64,000 nucleotides of DNA from an uncultured Chthonomonadaceae bacterium (GTDB taxonomy: Bacteria; Armatimonadota; Chthonomonadetes; Chthonomonadales; Chthonomonadaceae): positions 608,001-672,000 of the forward strand of contig CAWFQB010000003.1 in the NCBI GenBank assembly GCA_963817895.1. The letters run 5' to 3'. Positions 51,631 to 61,942 of this stretch are shown here, one piece after another. The first letter of the stretch is position 1, and each line of letters begins with the position of its first letter. The notes under the pieces were generated by a model that saw only the letters and a program-made list of their open reading frames with translations, was not told the DNA's origin and searched no databases. Position numbers and translations under genes: made by a program.

Positions 51631-52296
51631 CTATCCCCCCCTTAAAAAGGCTTGGGCCTGCTCCTGCGTAAACTCGAAGTAGCGCAAATTCTCATGTGCG
51701 GGGTCTTTCCCGAATTCAGTGAATTTACATATCCTACGGTAGAAATCTTCAGCTTGAGGTAGAGAGTGTAATCCTATTCTACCACAAAACCCGCGTTCTA
51801 TACTGTACGTAATGATGGTGCCGATCATTGCGGGGCCAATGGCTCGATACAAGGGTTTGAGCCCTAAATAGGCGAGTTCCCTCCTCAGGTTCCACGGCGC
51901 CGAGGAGATATAATCGATATAGACGAGCGGCTCGTCTTCTTGTTCGGGAATACGGCATTGCTCATCAAAAGTTATACAGACCATGCCTTGGATGTTATTT
52001 TGGCATTCCAGGGCTAAAAAAATATACTCGTCGCTATAATCTTGCATATGCGTCATCTTACCTAGCCATCGCCAATGGCTATTCTGTGGCGCTCTATTCT
52101 CCCCTGGGTACAAGTTGTTAATTTGGATTTCCAACCAACGGTAATTGGGCTGCCAGACATCATCGACTGCCTTCGCCACGGATTCGTCCACGCCCAGCTT
52201 AACTACGGCATCGACAGGCTCGTTTGTAATACCATCGAGGATGGTAACGGGATAGAGTGTAAGCGCCATTGCAGAGGGCGCAGTGTCTTCTTGCAA
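51631..52296 (-). CDS. GNAT-fold acetyltransferase (accessory-island type)
   Basis: HWRW, QGM, VYIDYISSAPWN, GRIGLHSLPQAEDFY, YFE. Confidence 0.75.
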   Translation of the reverse strand: MQEDTAPSAMALTLYPVTILDGITNEPVDAVVKLGVDESVAKAVDDVWQPNYRWLEIQINNLYPGENRAPQNSHWRWLGKMTHMQDYSDEYIFLALECQNNIQGMVCITFDEQCRIPEQEDEPLVYIDYISSAPWNLRRELAYLGLKPLYRAIGPAMIGTIITYSIERGFCGRIGLHSLPQAEDFYRRICKFTEFGKDPAHENLRYFEFTQEQAQAFLRGG

Positions 52297-52425
52297 AATC
52301 TACTACCTCGCACATGAAAGATGCTCCATTATACCTGCCTTTTTCCTCATCGGTGGGCGGGGCGCCAGTCTATCAGAATAGTTTGGAGATTATGCAAAGT
52401 AGTAAAGCCACGGAAGGAGAACAAC

Positions 52426-52718
52426 ATGACGCTCGAAGAATTGCTGACAATCAACTTACGCGCAATCGTCCCCTACCCCGATGAGGTCAACGTGACCGCG
52501 ATCGTGCGAGGGCGATACCTCAGCCTTTATGCAGGCGTGGCGCGCGAGGACATGCCGCGTATGATCGGCAAAAACGGGAAGACGATCCAGGCGCTGCGCG
52601 TGCTTGCCAAGGCGGCCAATGACACGAAGATCAGGGTGTCGATCAAGACGAGGCGGCGCGGCCAGAGGATTACGAGGAGGCATGGGAGGAGGAGGAAGAG
52701 GAAGGAGAAGAGAATTAA
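52426..52718 (+). CDS. KH-domain RNA-binding protein (KhpA-like), probable acidic tail after a frameshift near 52645
   Basis: GAAGGAG RBS; IVPYPDEVNV, VAREDMPRMIGKNGKTIQALR (GxxG loop). Confidence 0.75.
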
Positions 52719-52816
52719 ATGCCTTCGTAGATGTGATTGGCGCAACCAATCACGTCTAATTCCTGTCAATACACTGATGTAACTGATACACGAGCAGGAA
52801 GTAGGATAAAACATCT

Positions 52817-54408
52817 ATGGCTACATGCGATGATATGAATCTTTTGGAGCAGCATAATTGGTTCACGAGTGCATTGCAAGCCCAGGGACGGGGCAAGTGG
52901 GCATTCCAAAACGGGATGTTGTCCTTGGTGGGGCCGCGCAGATCAGGCTGGATCGACGGCATCAGGTAGATATCAGACTGGAGGCGCAAGAAGTACCAGA
53001 GAGCGTTAGTTTCTTGGAAATTCTCACGAACGTTCGAGAGCTTGAGGCGCTAAGAGTCGAAACGCCTGATGGAGCTTATACGGCGTCAAGAACGGGATGC
53101 TCAGGAATGAGCGCATCCACTGAGGGGCGGCTTGAACTTACCCTGGGCCCCTCCATTTTGGAGTTTGTAGCATCTACCGAGCAATCATATTATTGGGTGA
53201 TGCCACTTTCAAATTTCATTCATCACTTTCTTCAGCAAGGAGAGATAATTGGGCAACATCCCTTACGTCTCAATCTCGAAGCTCGCATCGTTGAATTTTT
53301 ATGGCAGGGCAAGCCCGCATTCATCCAGCCGTTGCTGGACTATAGCCAGCGAAAGAAACTTCTCGAAAGTGGTGAAAGCCCGCATCTTTTGACAGCCCTT
53401 ATGGTTGGGGAAATCGGAGATAATCCTACGGATGTTGATGACCTTGAGACTTGGTTTCCATCTACCCTGTTGCGGGTGCTAGGATTTGCTACGGGGCATG
53501 ATGTGGCCGCGCCGTGGATCGAATTTCGTGATGCGGAAGGCAAGCTCGTCAAGCGTATCCATCGGGGTATGGGTGCGCCTGATTTCGACAAAGGGCGGCG
53601 CGTCATTGAAGAACACCCGCACCCTTTAACGGCGATCTTTGCGGCGGCAGAGCAGAATGTGCCTCTCACTGTCAAAGTCACTCAGAACCATTTGCGCATG
53701 TTGCTGGAAGCGGCTCAAAGAACGCCGTTTTGTCAGACGAGTACCTACTTCGTCTTGCTTCATCAGGCATTACTCGCTGGAACGTATGGAGGGCAGAAGT
53801 CAGATGAGCGATTGACCCTACTGTTTAGGGCGTTTGATTGCTTGTGCAAAGAGCATGACTTCAAAAAAATTGTCTGGCAGGATGATCTACAGGCCAACGA
53901 TAAAATAGAAGAAATGCGCATTCTAAGTGAAGCGAGCAAAGAAATCCGTGTGCTGGCTAAAGAGGCGGGAAAGCGAGGTGATAGTAAAGGAGTGACGGCT
54001 CTGGGGAAAATTGCACAAAGAGTAATGACGGCTGATCAAACAGACCGCGATTTCGGACGAGCCATGTCTATGCTAGTAGAACATTTCAAGTTCCACGACG
54101 AAGCCGTAATGGATGCTTACTTCGCGGCCAATCCGCTCTCGACTACATCAACTTGGGCAGGTGTCCTTAGCCTCTATCGGAACGCCGCCATTCATAATGG
54201 CTTCTTCGATACGAGTAACCCTGACTTCTCAACAGAGAAGTTACACTATATGAATGTGCATCTGCACGATTTGCTTGCGCGAATTTTGCTGGTGATGTCT
54301 GGTTATGACGGCCCATACCATCCGACTCCAAAGATATGGGTTGGTTCTCAGGATTACATTGACCGCATTCAGCCTGGTAGCCCCGCCATTGAATTAGGAT
54401 ACGAGTAG
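52817..54408 (+). CDS. Putative HEPN-domain protein (ApeA-like architecture); start or early frameshift uncertain
   Basis: ~520 aa, beta-rich N-terminus, helical C-terminus with YRNAAIHNG (RxxxxH at 54178-54195). Confidence 0.6.
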
Positions 54409-54525
54409 TTGGGCTGATTTTCACATAACTAGCCTTGGTCGTTCGCCCCTATAGTCCTAATGGGGGCGAATGAACGTCACTCCCCTGTTTAGAAGTGTTT
54501 GCCCTAGCGTTAAGGCAAAAAAATC

Positions 54526-54554
54526 TTGACAAAACCGCGCCGATAACGCATAAT
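54526..54554 (+). promoter_or_regulatory. Promoter of tRNA-Glu
   Basis: TTGACA-N17-CATAAT. Confidence 0.6.
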
Positions 54555-54662
54555 AATTCTCAGACACAATCTCACCACCAGATTGGAGGTGAGAACTGTG
54601 GGAAATAGAAGTTGACGGTTAGCACTAAATTCAATCTCGAAACAACCTGTTAATGGTAGTCA

Positions 54663-54734
54663 GGGGATATCGTCTAGCGGTCAGGACGGCGGGTTCTCAG
54701 CTCGTTAACCGGGGTTCGATTCCCCGTATCCCTA
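54663..54734 (+). tRNA. tRNA-Glu (anticodon CTC), CCA not encoded
   Basis: GGGGATA/TATCCCT acceptor stem, TCTAGCGG D-loop, TT-CTC-AG anticodon loop, GGTTCGATTCC T-arm. Confidence 0.95.
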
Positions 54735-54922
54735 TAAAAATAAAGAGAAGTGAACGGTATGCGGCGCGGTCAGGAAACCCGGTTTTCTGGCCGCGTTTGC
54801 CATTCCTCCCAATGGTTCGTTTCGCGTCCTCCCCGCGTCACATTTTCTATTACGCATCGTCTAATCTCGTAACCCCACGGATTTTTGAACTTTTTTCTAC
54901 GCCCCATCCAGAGGAGAATTCG

Positions 54923-55837
54923 TTGAACTCAATCACACGACGGCAATTTTGCCAGACTGCCGGATTGCTGCTGCTCGGCGCTACAGCCGGAATCGGACTC
55001 GCCGCCTGCGGCAATGGAACCAACTCGGCTGTCACGCCGCAGGTCTTCGCCGCCCTGCGCGGCACACAGGAACGCCCCACCCAGGTAGCGACAGCCGCGA
55101 CCGGAGCGGCAACCGTCACGCAAAACAGCAACTCGCTGGGCGTGGACATCAGCACATCGAATCTTGTGGGCGTTACTTCGGTTCAGATTTGCGTTGGCAA
55201 GCCTGGCGCGAACGGCCCCGTGATTTTCACCCTGTACACCGCCTCCAATAACAGCAGTTTCCCCGGCAGCTTCCATAAAAATGTCACCGCATCGGACTTG
55301 CAGCCGCAGTCCGGCGCGGGCATCAACACGTACAGCGATGCGGTCAATGCCGTTGTGGTGACGGGCAACACCTACATCAATATCAGCACGCAGGCCAATC
55401 CCACCGGTGAACTGCGCGGGCAAATCGGCGCGGCCTCGTTCCAGGTGACGCCGACGGGAACTGCTGTCGTGCCTGCCGTGACCACAACGGCGACGGCAAC
55501 TGCGAATGTGCAGCTCAATTCCAAGCAGTCCGTGCTTGCCGTCACCGTCAGCAATACACAAAATTTGCCCAATGTGCGGCACATCGGCTTATACTACGCG
55601 CCCCTCGGCGGCAACGGCGCGGAACTGTTTACGATCTTCGACAGCAACGCGGACGGCGTGTTCCCCGGCTCCGCCACGCGCACCCTGACCGCAACCGATC
55701 TGTTAAAACAGACCAATAACGGCATTGCCACGTATGCCGATGCCATCAACGCCCTCCTGAGCGGCAACACCTACCTGCTCATCACCACCACCGCGCACAC
55801 CAACGGCGAACTGCGGGCGCAGTTGATAGCGGAGTAG
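54923..55837 (+). CDS. Tat-exported lipoprotein with two CHRD domains
   Basis: TRRQF Tat motif, LAAC lipobox, two GNTY..I.T.A...GELR.Q repeats. Confidence 0.85.
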   Translation: MNSITRRQFCQTAGLLLLGATAGIGLAACGNGTNSAVTPQVFAALRGTQERPTQVATAATGAATVTQNSNSLGVDISTSNLVGVTSVQICVGKPGANGPVIFTLYTASNNSSFPGSFHKNVTASDLQPQSGAGINTYSDAVNAVVVTGNTYINISTQANPTGELRGQIGAASFQVTPTGTAVVPAVTTTATATANVQLNSKQSVLAVTVSNTQNLPNVRHIGLYYAPLGGNGAELFTIFDSNADGVFPGSATRTLTATDLLKQTNNGIATYADAINALLSGNTYLLITTTAHTNGELRAQLIAE

Positions 55838-55937
55838 GTGTCAGGTGTCAGGTGTCAGGTAAATGCCTCTCTGCCTGTTCAGTTTAGTGGAACAGCAACA
55901 TTGCTCCTGACACCTGATACCTGACACCTGACACCTA
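55837..55937. repeat. GGTGTCA / TGACACC heptamer inverted array
   Basis: Tandem heptamers and reverse complements between convergent genes. Confidence 0.85.
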
Positions 55938-56531
55938 CTTCCCCTTCTCCATCGGGTCGTGATGCTCTGCACTGACATCGCCCACAAACTCTATCGGCAG
56001 ACAGTCCGCCGGATCCTCCGCGTCGTCTTTTTTGATGACGCTGATGCTGCCGTCGAGTTCCAGAATGGCGTAGCCCACATCACACAGATGCGCGATTCCC
56101 TGCTTGCGAATGGCGGAAAGCAGGTCGTTGCGCGATACGGACTGCTGCTTCATTACATCATTGTCAATATCCCCCATTTTGACCAGCAGAACCGGCTTGC
56201 CCTCCAGCAATACGCGGGCTTTGCGGCTGTGCGCTGTGATCCGGTTCAACGATCCAGCCAGAACAACCAGCGTGATCGCCCCGCCTATAGCCCCCAGAAC
56301 GCTGTTGTCGTTGCCGATAATCGCGTTCTGAACCACATTGGAAATCAGCAGGATAATGAGAAAGTCAAACAGCGTCGCCTGCGCCAGTTCCCGCTTGGAC
56401 GCAATGCGGAAGATAATCATCAGCGCCACATACACCATAATCGGGCGCAGCAATTTTTCCGGCCACGACACTTCCGGCAGCATCATCTGATGCCACCATT
56501 CGCCGGTGAAAGATTTTGGATTGGGAGGCAA
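55935..56531 (-). CDS. DUF421 (YetF) membrane protein
   Basis: KRELAQATLFDF, LEGKPVLLV, AILELDGSISVI. Confidence 0.9.
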   Translation of the reverse strand: MPPNPKSFTGEWWHQMMLPEVSWPEKLLRPIMVYVALMIIFRIASKRELAQATLFDFLIILLISNVVQNAIIGNDNSVLGAIGGAITLVVLAGSLNRITAHSRKARVLLEGKPVLLVKMGDIDNDVMKQQSVSRNDLLSAIRKQGIAHLCDVGYAILELDGSISVIKKDDAEDPADCLPIEFVGDVSAEHHDPMEKGK

Positions 56532-56541
56532 GAAAGGCTCC

Positions 56542-57159
56542 TTACTTTGTCTGCGGCGGCAACTCGGCGCGTCGTAAGCACCATTCCAGCACCCAGGGCC
56601 ATTCGCCGTAGCCGTAATAGGGACTGATATGGCCCGCGCCTTTGAGCAAGTGAATGGGCGTTTCCAGTTTGGCCGCGTAGCCGCTGGTCTGGTCGAAAGT
56701 GGCGTAATCGTCCGTATCGGACGCCACAATAAACGTTTCGCGCGCAATGGCTTTGAGGGCGGCAGGATCGAGCGGCGGCGGGAAGAAGCCGACAACGCTG
56801 GGTGGCGCGTCGGGCGGCGGAGCCTGCGGCAAAACGTAGGGCGGGGCGACAAGCATCACGCGGTCGGCAATCTGTTTGCCGCCTGCGCCATTGGCGGCAG
56901 CGAAGTGCAGCCAGTTGATGCTTCCCAGGCTATGCGCCAACACGGTAAGGGGCGCATCCGGGGTTTGGCCGGCGATCTCGTCCAGTTCGCCGCGCAATCG
57001 CGTTTGCCAGGCGTCAAAATCGGGCGCGGTCGGATCGGGGAATTTCGGGTAGTGTACCCGCGCGCCCTCCGCTTTCAATTTGCCGACAAGGTGTTCCTGC
57101 CAGTGTTCGGGCTTGTTGCCGCCCCACCCGTGCAAGACTAAAAATACGTCGTTCGCCAT
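56542..57159 (-). CDS. RBBP9/YdeN-family alpha/beta hydrolase
   Basis: LHGWGG...HWQ, AHSLG, LVAPP, SDTDDY, GAGHI. Confidence 0.88.
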   Translation of the reverse strand: MANDVFLVLHGWGGNKPEHWQEHLVGKLKAEGARVHYPKFPDPTAPDFDAWQTRLRGELDEIAGQTPDAPLTVLAHSLGSINWLHFAAANGAGGKQIADRVMLVAPPYVLPQAPPPDAPPSVVGFFPPPLDPAALKAIARETFIVASDTDDYATFDQTSGYAAKLETPIHLLKGAGHISPYYGYGEWPWVLEWCLRRAELPPQTK

Positions 57160-57286
57160 GAGAACCTCCAAAGTCAAGGGAAGAGGGAAAAGGGAAAAGG
57201 ATACGCTTCTCTTCATCGTGTAATGTATAACGCGCTATTCACCAAATGGCAGGTTCTTTCCTCTTCCCTTTTCCCTCTTCCCTGTT

Positions 57287-58063
57287 TTATGGATAGGGAA
57301 ACAGCGGCGGCAGGTTGCAGAGATTGGTATTTCCCGAACTCTGGCAGCCGGGATAGGATTTGTCGCATATACGCGGGGTGGGGTAAGCGTGAATCAGGCT
57401 GCATCCCGTCAGGTCGCGACTGGCCCATATAGTGGCGGCCTGCAGCGGTTTGGCGTGGCCGTCGAAGAAGGTGGCGCTCATAAAACCCTGATGCCGCGTG
57501 GCGAAGTCCTTCATGCGCTTTGCGTCGGCGGGATCGGGCGACATATCGCCATCGTAGGCTTCCAGCCACTTTTCCGTCACGGCCTTGCCGGAAGCGTCCT
57601 TATCCCACTTTTCGCCGATGACAATAATGTCGGCGGGCGCGTTGATTTGCGACAGGGACAGCGACTCGGCGGCGACGGCGGCGACATACGAGCGCGGAAT
57701 GGTCGGATTGCCGCTCAAGTCCTGTTCCAGCGTGGGGCCGGGGTCGCTCGGACATCGGTAAACCGGATTGTTCTTGATATACGGCGCGATCTGGTTGAAC
57801 CACTGAAGTTCGGGGATTTTGGGTGTGGCTGTGTTAATGCGCGTATTGTCGGCATTGGCAGTCTGGCGGAAAAACAAACGCTCATCGTAATCCTGAATGT
57901 ACATTTGCAATCCCGTCCCGATCTGTTTCATGTTGGACAGGCAGGCGGTCTGACGCGCCTTTTCGCGCGCTTGCGCAAACACGGGGAAGAGAATAGCGGC
58001 GAGTATCGCTATAATCGCGATGACGACGAGCAGTTCAATCAGAGTAAAGCCTCTGCGTGCCAT
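57287..58063 (-). CDS. DUF1559 / prepilin-type N-methylation protein with H-X9-DG motif
   Basis: [59 protein letters not shown]. Confidence 0.92.
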   Translation of the reverse strand: MARRGFTLIELLVVIAIIAILAAILFPVFAQAREKARQTACLSNMKQIGTGLQMYIQDYDERLFFRQTANADNTRINTATPKIPELQWFNQIAPYIKNNPVYRCPSDPGPTLEQDLSGNPTIPRSYVAAVAAESLSLSQINAPADIIVIGEKWDKDASGKAVTEKWLEAYDGDMSPDPADAKRMKDFATRHQGFMSATFFDGHAKPLQAATIWASRDLTGCSLIHAYPTPRICDKSYPGCQSSGNTNLCNLPPLFPYP

Positions 58064-58270
58064 AAAGTACCTCCTGCGAAACAAGTGAAGGCCCTCCCAT
58101 GCGGCGCGTTTATAGAAATTGGCGCGGCGGGAGACGCTTTCGGAGAGTTGCCGTGAGACGGCGGCATGAGGTACGATAATAGTGATAAGGGTGAGATCGT
58201 TTCTCATTCCGGTTCACGCTCCGGGCGTCGGCAAACGTCCGGGGCGGCTTCTCTGTTCGGCAAACATTGT

Positions 58271-58331
58271 ATATCCGACTAAATCAGTCGGATATTGAGC
58301 AAACTATACCCTGTCTAAAATTGAATGTCAA
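58271..58331 (-). promoter_or_regulatory. sigma70 promoter with an Rrf2 (IscR/CymR)-type palindromic operator
   Basis: Minus strand TTGACA-N17-TATAGT, followed by ATATCCGACT-AAATC-AGTCGGATAT. Confidence 0.7.
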
Positions 58332-58497
58332 GGGTTTGTAACTAGTTTTAAGGCTGTCCTAAAAATAATGTCAAGCCTTCAGCCATGAGAGTTGCTGAAG
58401 GCAGGGGTTCAACGCGCTTTTTAGTGACTTGTGGCAGTGACGAACAAGGGAGAGAGTGGCAATGGCGGCTAAATCTGCTGAGAGGATAATATATTTT

Positions 58498-59725
58498 ATG
58501 CGCGGGATGCGGCGTTATTTAGCGGCACTGGCGGCCTGCGGTTTTGCCGCGTCAGGCTTTACGGGGTGCAGAACTATGAGCGCGGCGACGGGAGAAACGC
58601 TGTCTGGCGCGACTGCTTTCTCCACTCCGACTGTTCCCGCCGTTGCCGAAAACATGGAGGGCGATAAAGCGCCGGTTGCTCTCAGCCCAGGCCTTGTCGA
58701 GATTGCTCCTGAGGAGTTGAAAAAATACAGTCAGGTTGCGGCGATCAGCGATGTACACGGACACTATCTGAATGCGCTGCATCTGCTGCAAAAAGCGCAG
58801 ATTGTGGATGCGGGTGGCAAATGGATGGGGGATAAGACCCTGCTGGTCGTGATCGGCAACTCCATAGATAAAGGGCCGTCGAGTCTGCCCCTGCTGCGCT
58901 GCTGGCTGGATTTGCGGACGCAGGCGGAAAAAGCGGGCGGGCGCGTTCTGGTATTGTTGGGCAACCACGAGGCGGAATTTCTGGCGGACACGACCGGAAA
59001 GCGATTGTCGCCGGACATCAAGCGGGAACTGGACGCGGAGAGCATGACCCGCGAACAATTGGCGGGCGACGCGCCCGATCCCGAAAGGCTACAAACTCGG
59101 AACCTTTTTGCGCCAGATGCCGCTTGGCGCGAAAATCGGAACCTGGCTGTTCTGTCACGCGGGCTGGCCCCCCGACCCGCAAAGCGTTGCCCCGACAAAA
59201 TCCACGCCGACGGCGCTGTGGGCGGCGTGGAAAGCCCAATCGCAAAAGCAGGACTACGCCGCATTAACGCAGGAGGGCGAACAGGGCAAGGCCGGATCGG
59301 AATATGGGGTGCTGGAAAAGAAATTTGTGGGCGAGGGCGGCAATGTGGAATTGCAGGACGAGGGCGCGGCAAAGTGGTGGGAAAGCGAGCAAGAGGTCGG
59401 GCGACTGCTGACGCGATTGGATGAGTACGGGTTCACGGGCGTCGTATTCGGGCATCAGCCCGCCGCGTTCGGTCTTAAAGACGCGGTGGGGCCGTACACA
59501 AACCCGCAAACCAACGCGACCAATTATCGCCTGCTGAAAATTGACAGCGGCATGGCAACGGCTTCCTACGATGGCCTGCAAGACGGAAAGCAGCCCCGCA
59601 ACGCCGGACACATGCTGCTGTTCAAGAACGTCTCTGTCCTGTCACAATCGCTGGAAAATTTCAAAACGGATGCGCCATTACCCGGATTACAAACCGTAGC
59701 GAATGTTGAGGACGCGACAAAGTAG
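58498..59725 (+). CDS. Exported calcineurin-like metallophosphoesterase (frameshift near 59100)
   Basis: SDVHG, GNSIDKG, GNHE, CHAG, FGHQ, IDSGM. Confidence 0.85.
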
Positions 59726-59770
59726 GATGAAGGGAGAAGAAATTGGAGCATACTTATCTGAATGTCGACT

Positions 59771-60112
59771 TTAGCGTGGATTGTGTTGCTTCCGCCTGCC
59801 CTGCCACAGTGCAAAGCAACTGATCAGGAGGATTGTTGCCAGAAGAAAACTCATTGTCATGAGAATATCAGCCCAAAGCAACGAGACTGTAAAGAAGGTT
59901 GCGTTTGCTCCACGTATATCCACAGGCGTTTTCAGATTCCCTCTGTTTTCTACACAGTGGAAGACAGGCGCGGCAATCCACACGCCCATAAATAAGAACC
60001 AGAGTGCCCAACGAATTATCTGCTGAAAGTTGTCATCCAGCCAGGTGGCGTACCGGCTTGATAGTCCCTCCGAAGGCGCATGGTTAGATTGTGAATTGAG
60101 TACTCTTGCCAT
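59771..60112 (-). CDS. Hypothetical membrane protein (2 TM)
   Basis: Two hydrophobic segments, AAGGA RBS. Confidence 0.55.
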   Translation of the reverse strand: MARVLNSQSNHAPSEGLSSRYATWLDDNFQQIIRWALWFLFMGVWIAAPVFHCVENRGNLKTPVDIRGANATFFTVSLLWADILMTMSFLLATILLISCFALWQGRRKQHNPR

Positions 60113-60133
60113 CTCTCATCCTTGCTTACTCTC

Positions 60134-60601
60134 TCACTCCGTCCCCACAGACGCCCGCACAAGTTGCTCAGGCGGCGTCTCCTTCCCCTCTGCGGTGGCG
60201 CGTAACAACACGCCCTCTTGTGCCTGCAACGGTTCCTCAGATGCGCGTACCAGGGTTTGACGGTCGGGAAGCCCTCCTATGTTGGTGTTTGTGAGATAGA
60301 AAGACGGGTTACGTTCCGTGACAATCTTCTTGCGCGTTGTGGAAATGGAGAACCATATTATGGGGAAGAACATGCAGAGGGCAATCAAGACCACCTCGGT
60401 AAGGTGCCTCAACGCTATCGCATTCACGAGAAAAGCGGAAAGAGCCGCCCCGATACAAAGGGAGATGTTGACCGTTACTGCCCATTGAACAATGAGCGTG
60501 TTCCAGGTCAGCGCCTCTTTGTTTTCAGAGCAATATACCAGTCCCGTCTGTTTGCGACCCGGTATTTTACTCACAATCCGTTTGCCCGTTTCTGGCTCCA
60601 T
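60134..60601 (-). CDS. Hypothetical membrane protein with an LxRAS-repeat tail
   Basis: GGAG RBS, 2 TM, tail TLVRAS..VLLRAT..QLVRAS. Confidence 0.65.
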   Translation of the reverse strand: MEPETGKRIVSKIPGRKQTGLVYCSENKEALTWNTLIVQWAVTVNISLCIGAALSAFLVNAIALRHLTEVVLIALCMFFPIIWFSISTTRKKIVTERNPSFYLTNTNIGGLPDRQTLVRASEEPLQAQEGVLLRATAEGKETPPEQLVRASVGTE

Positions 60602-60643
60602 CCCCGCACACTCCTGTTCGCTTTTCTATATCTGAACTTGTGC

Positions 60644-61284
60644 CTAGAAAGACTGCACTATCCCTGTATGCTCTTTTTCAGAAATCCCACTTGTCCAGTA
60701 GCGTATTTTCCTTTTCTCTATCCAATGTGCTTTGGAAATTCCCAACTTGTGGGATAATAGCAAGCCAGCAATATCTATGTGCTTAAGGCCACTGCGCTTC
60801 CAATCACCGGTGCCCGGGATGTAACGCCTCGGAACAGGCACAGGCAAAACGTACAACCTGCCGCTTCTTCATATCCACGCCTCCCTGCGACCTGGCTCCA
60901 CAGAATAATAGCCTTTTACCATCCGGCGACCATTCGAAGTTCCCAAATTCCTTCTAAATCTGCGAAAGGCGCAATATAATCGTAGAGGCGCGGCTTCTTT
61001 CCAATCTGCCAGAGAAGCAAACGAAAATACCCCTCAGAATTATCTTTAAGGGGTTTGTCAAGGATGAGGGCTAAAGCGCGATGGTGCATCAACCAGGCAA
61101 CCGCATGAACATAGGATGTTGTACCCTGCCATACGGTCCTGTGGGTTTTCTTATGGACAAGCTCCACTTTGAGTTTATCTGGTTGAATTTCATGCTGAAT
61201 CAGTTCATAGCTATCTGCGCGTACTTGTGTGTTCATGCAAGGCGTCAGAAAAGATAAACCAATGCCGCAGCATACTGGAAACAT
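60644..61284 (-). CDS. Hypothetical exported protein (frameshifted)
   Basis: ORF pieces 60916-61284 and 60644-60856 on the same strand; signal-like start. Confidence 0.45.
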
Positions 61285-61328
61285 GGTAATCCTCTAAACC
61301 ATGCCTGATCATGGCTCAGACAAACAAT

Positions 61329-61832
61329 TTACTCCCGATTGACGAACTGGCGGCGGGTTTCGCGCTCCTGATCGCGCTCGGCGATGCTTTCGCGCTTGTC
61401 GTAAGTTTCTTGCCCTTTGCCAGAGCGATCTCCAGTTTGGCGAAGCCGCGCTGGAAGTACAGCGCGAGCGGCACAATCGTCAGCCCTTTTTGCTCGGATT
61501 TCGTCCGCAGTTCCTGCACCTGCCACTTGTGCAGCAGCAGTTTGCGCTTGCGCTTCGCCTCGACTGTACTGGCCGGTTGCCCTGCTCGTACGGCGTGATG
61601 TTCATGTTGTACAGCCACACCTCATCGTTCTCGATCCGGCAAAACGAGATCCACGAAGTTCAGCCGCCCCGCCCGCAGCGACTTCACTTCCACGCCGACC
61701 AGCACCATGCCCGCGTCATACGTGTCTTCGATTTCGTATTCGTGGCGGGCGCGGCGGTTGACCGAAATCATTTTTCTCGCATTGTTATCGCCGCTGCGCG
61801 CTCTTTTTGTCCGCAGTTTTATCCTTCATCAT
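61329..61832 (-). CDS. smpB: SsrA-binding protein (frameshifted)
   Basis: [52 protein letters not shown]. Confidence 0.93.
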
Positions 61833-61942
61833 GCTGTGAAGGGAGTAGGGAGAAGGGAGTAGGGAGTAGGCTCATTCTTCTATGAAATCTTTGCTTTCAC
61901 TGCAAAATTATCACGAGAATAGCCTTTTCCTCTCCCTACTCC

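Noticed and set aside
49500..54734. Prophage or ICE integrated at tRNA-Glu
   Set aside because: No integrase, phage or conjugation genes and no visible tRNA-end duplication; the island lies 5' of the tRNA.
54653..54922. N-terminal extension of the CHRD ORF
   Set aside because: It overlaps tRNA-Glu; the real start is TTG 54923 after GAGGAG.
61780..61940. tmRNA (ssrA) next to smpB
   Set aside because: No GGGG..G 5' end or T-arm/CCA 3' end recognisable; only heptamer repeats.
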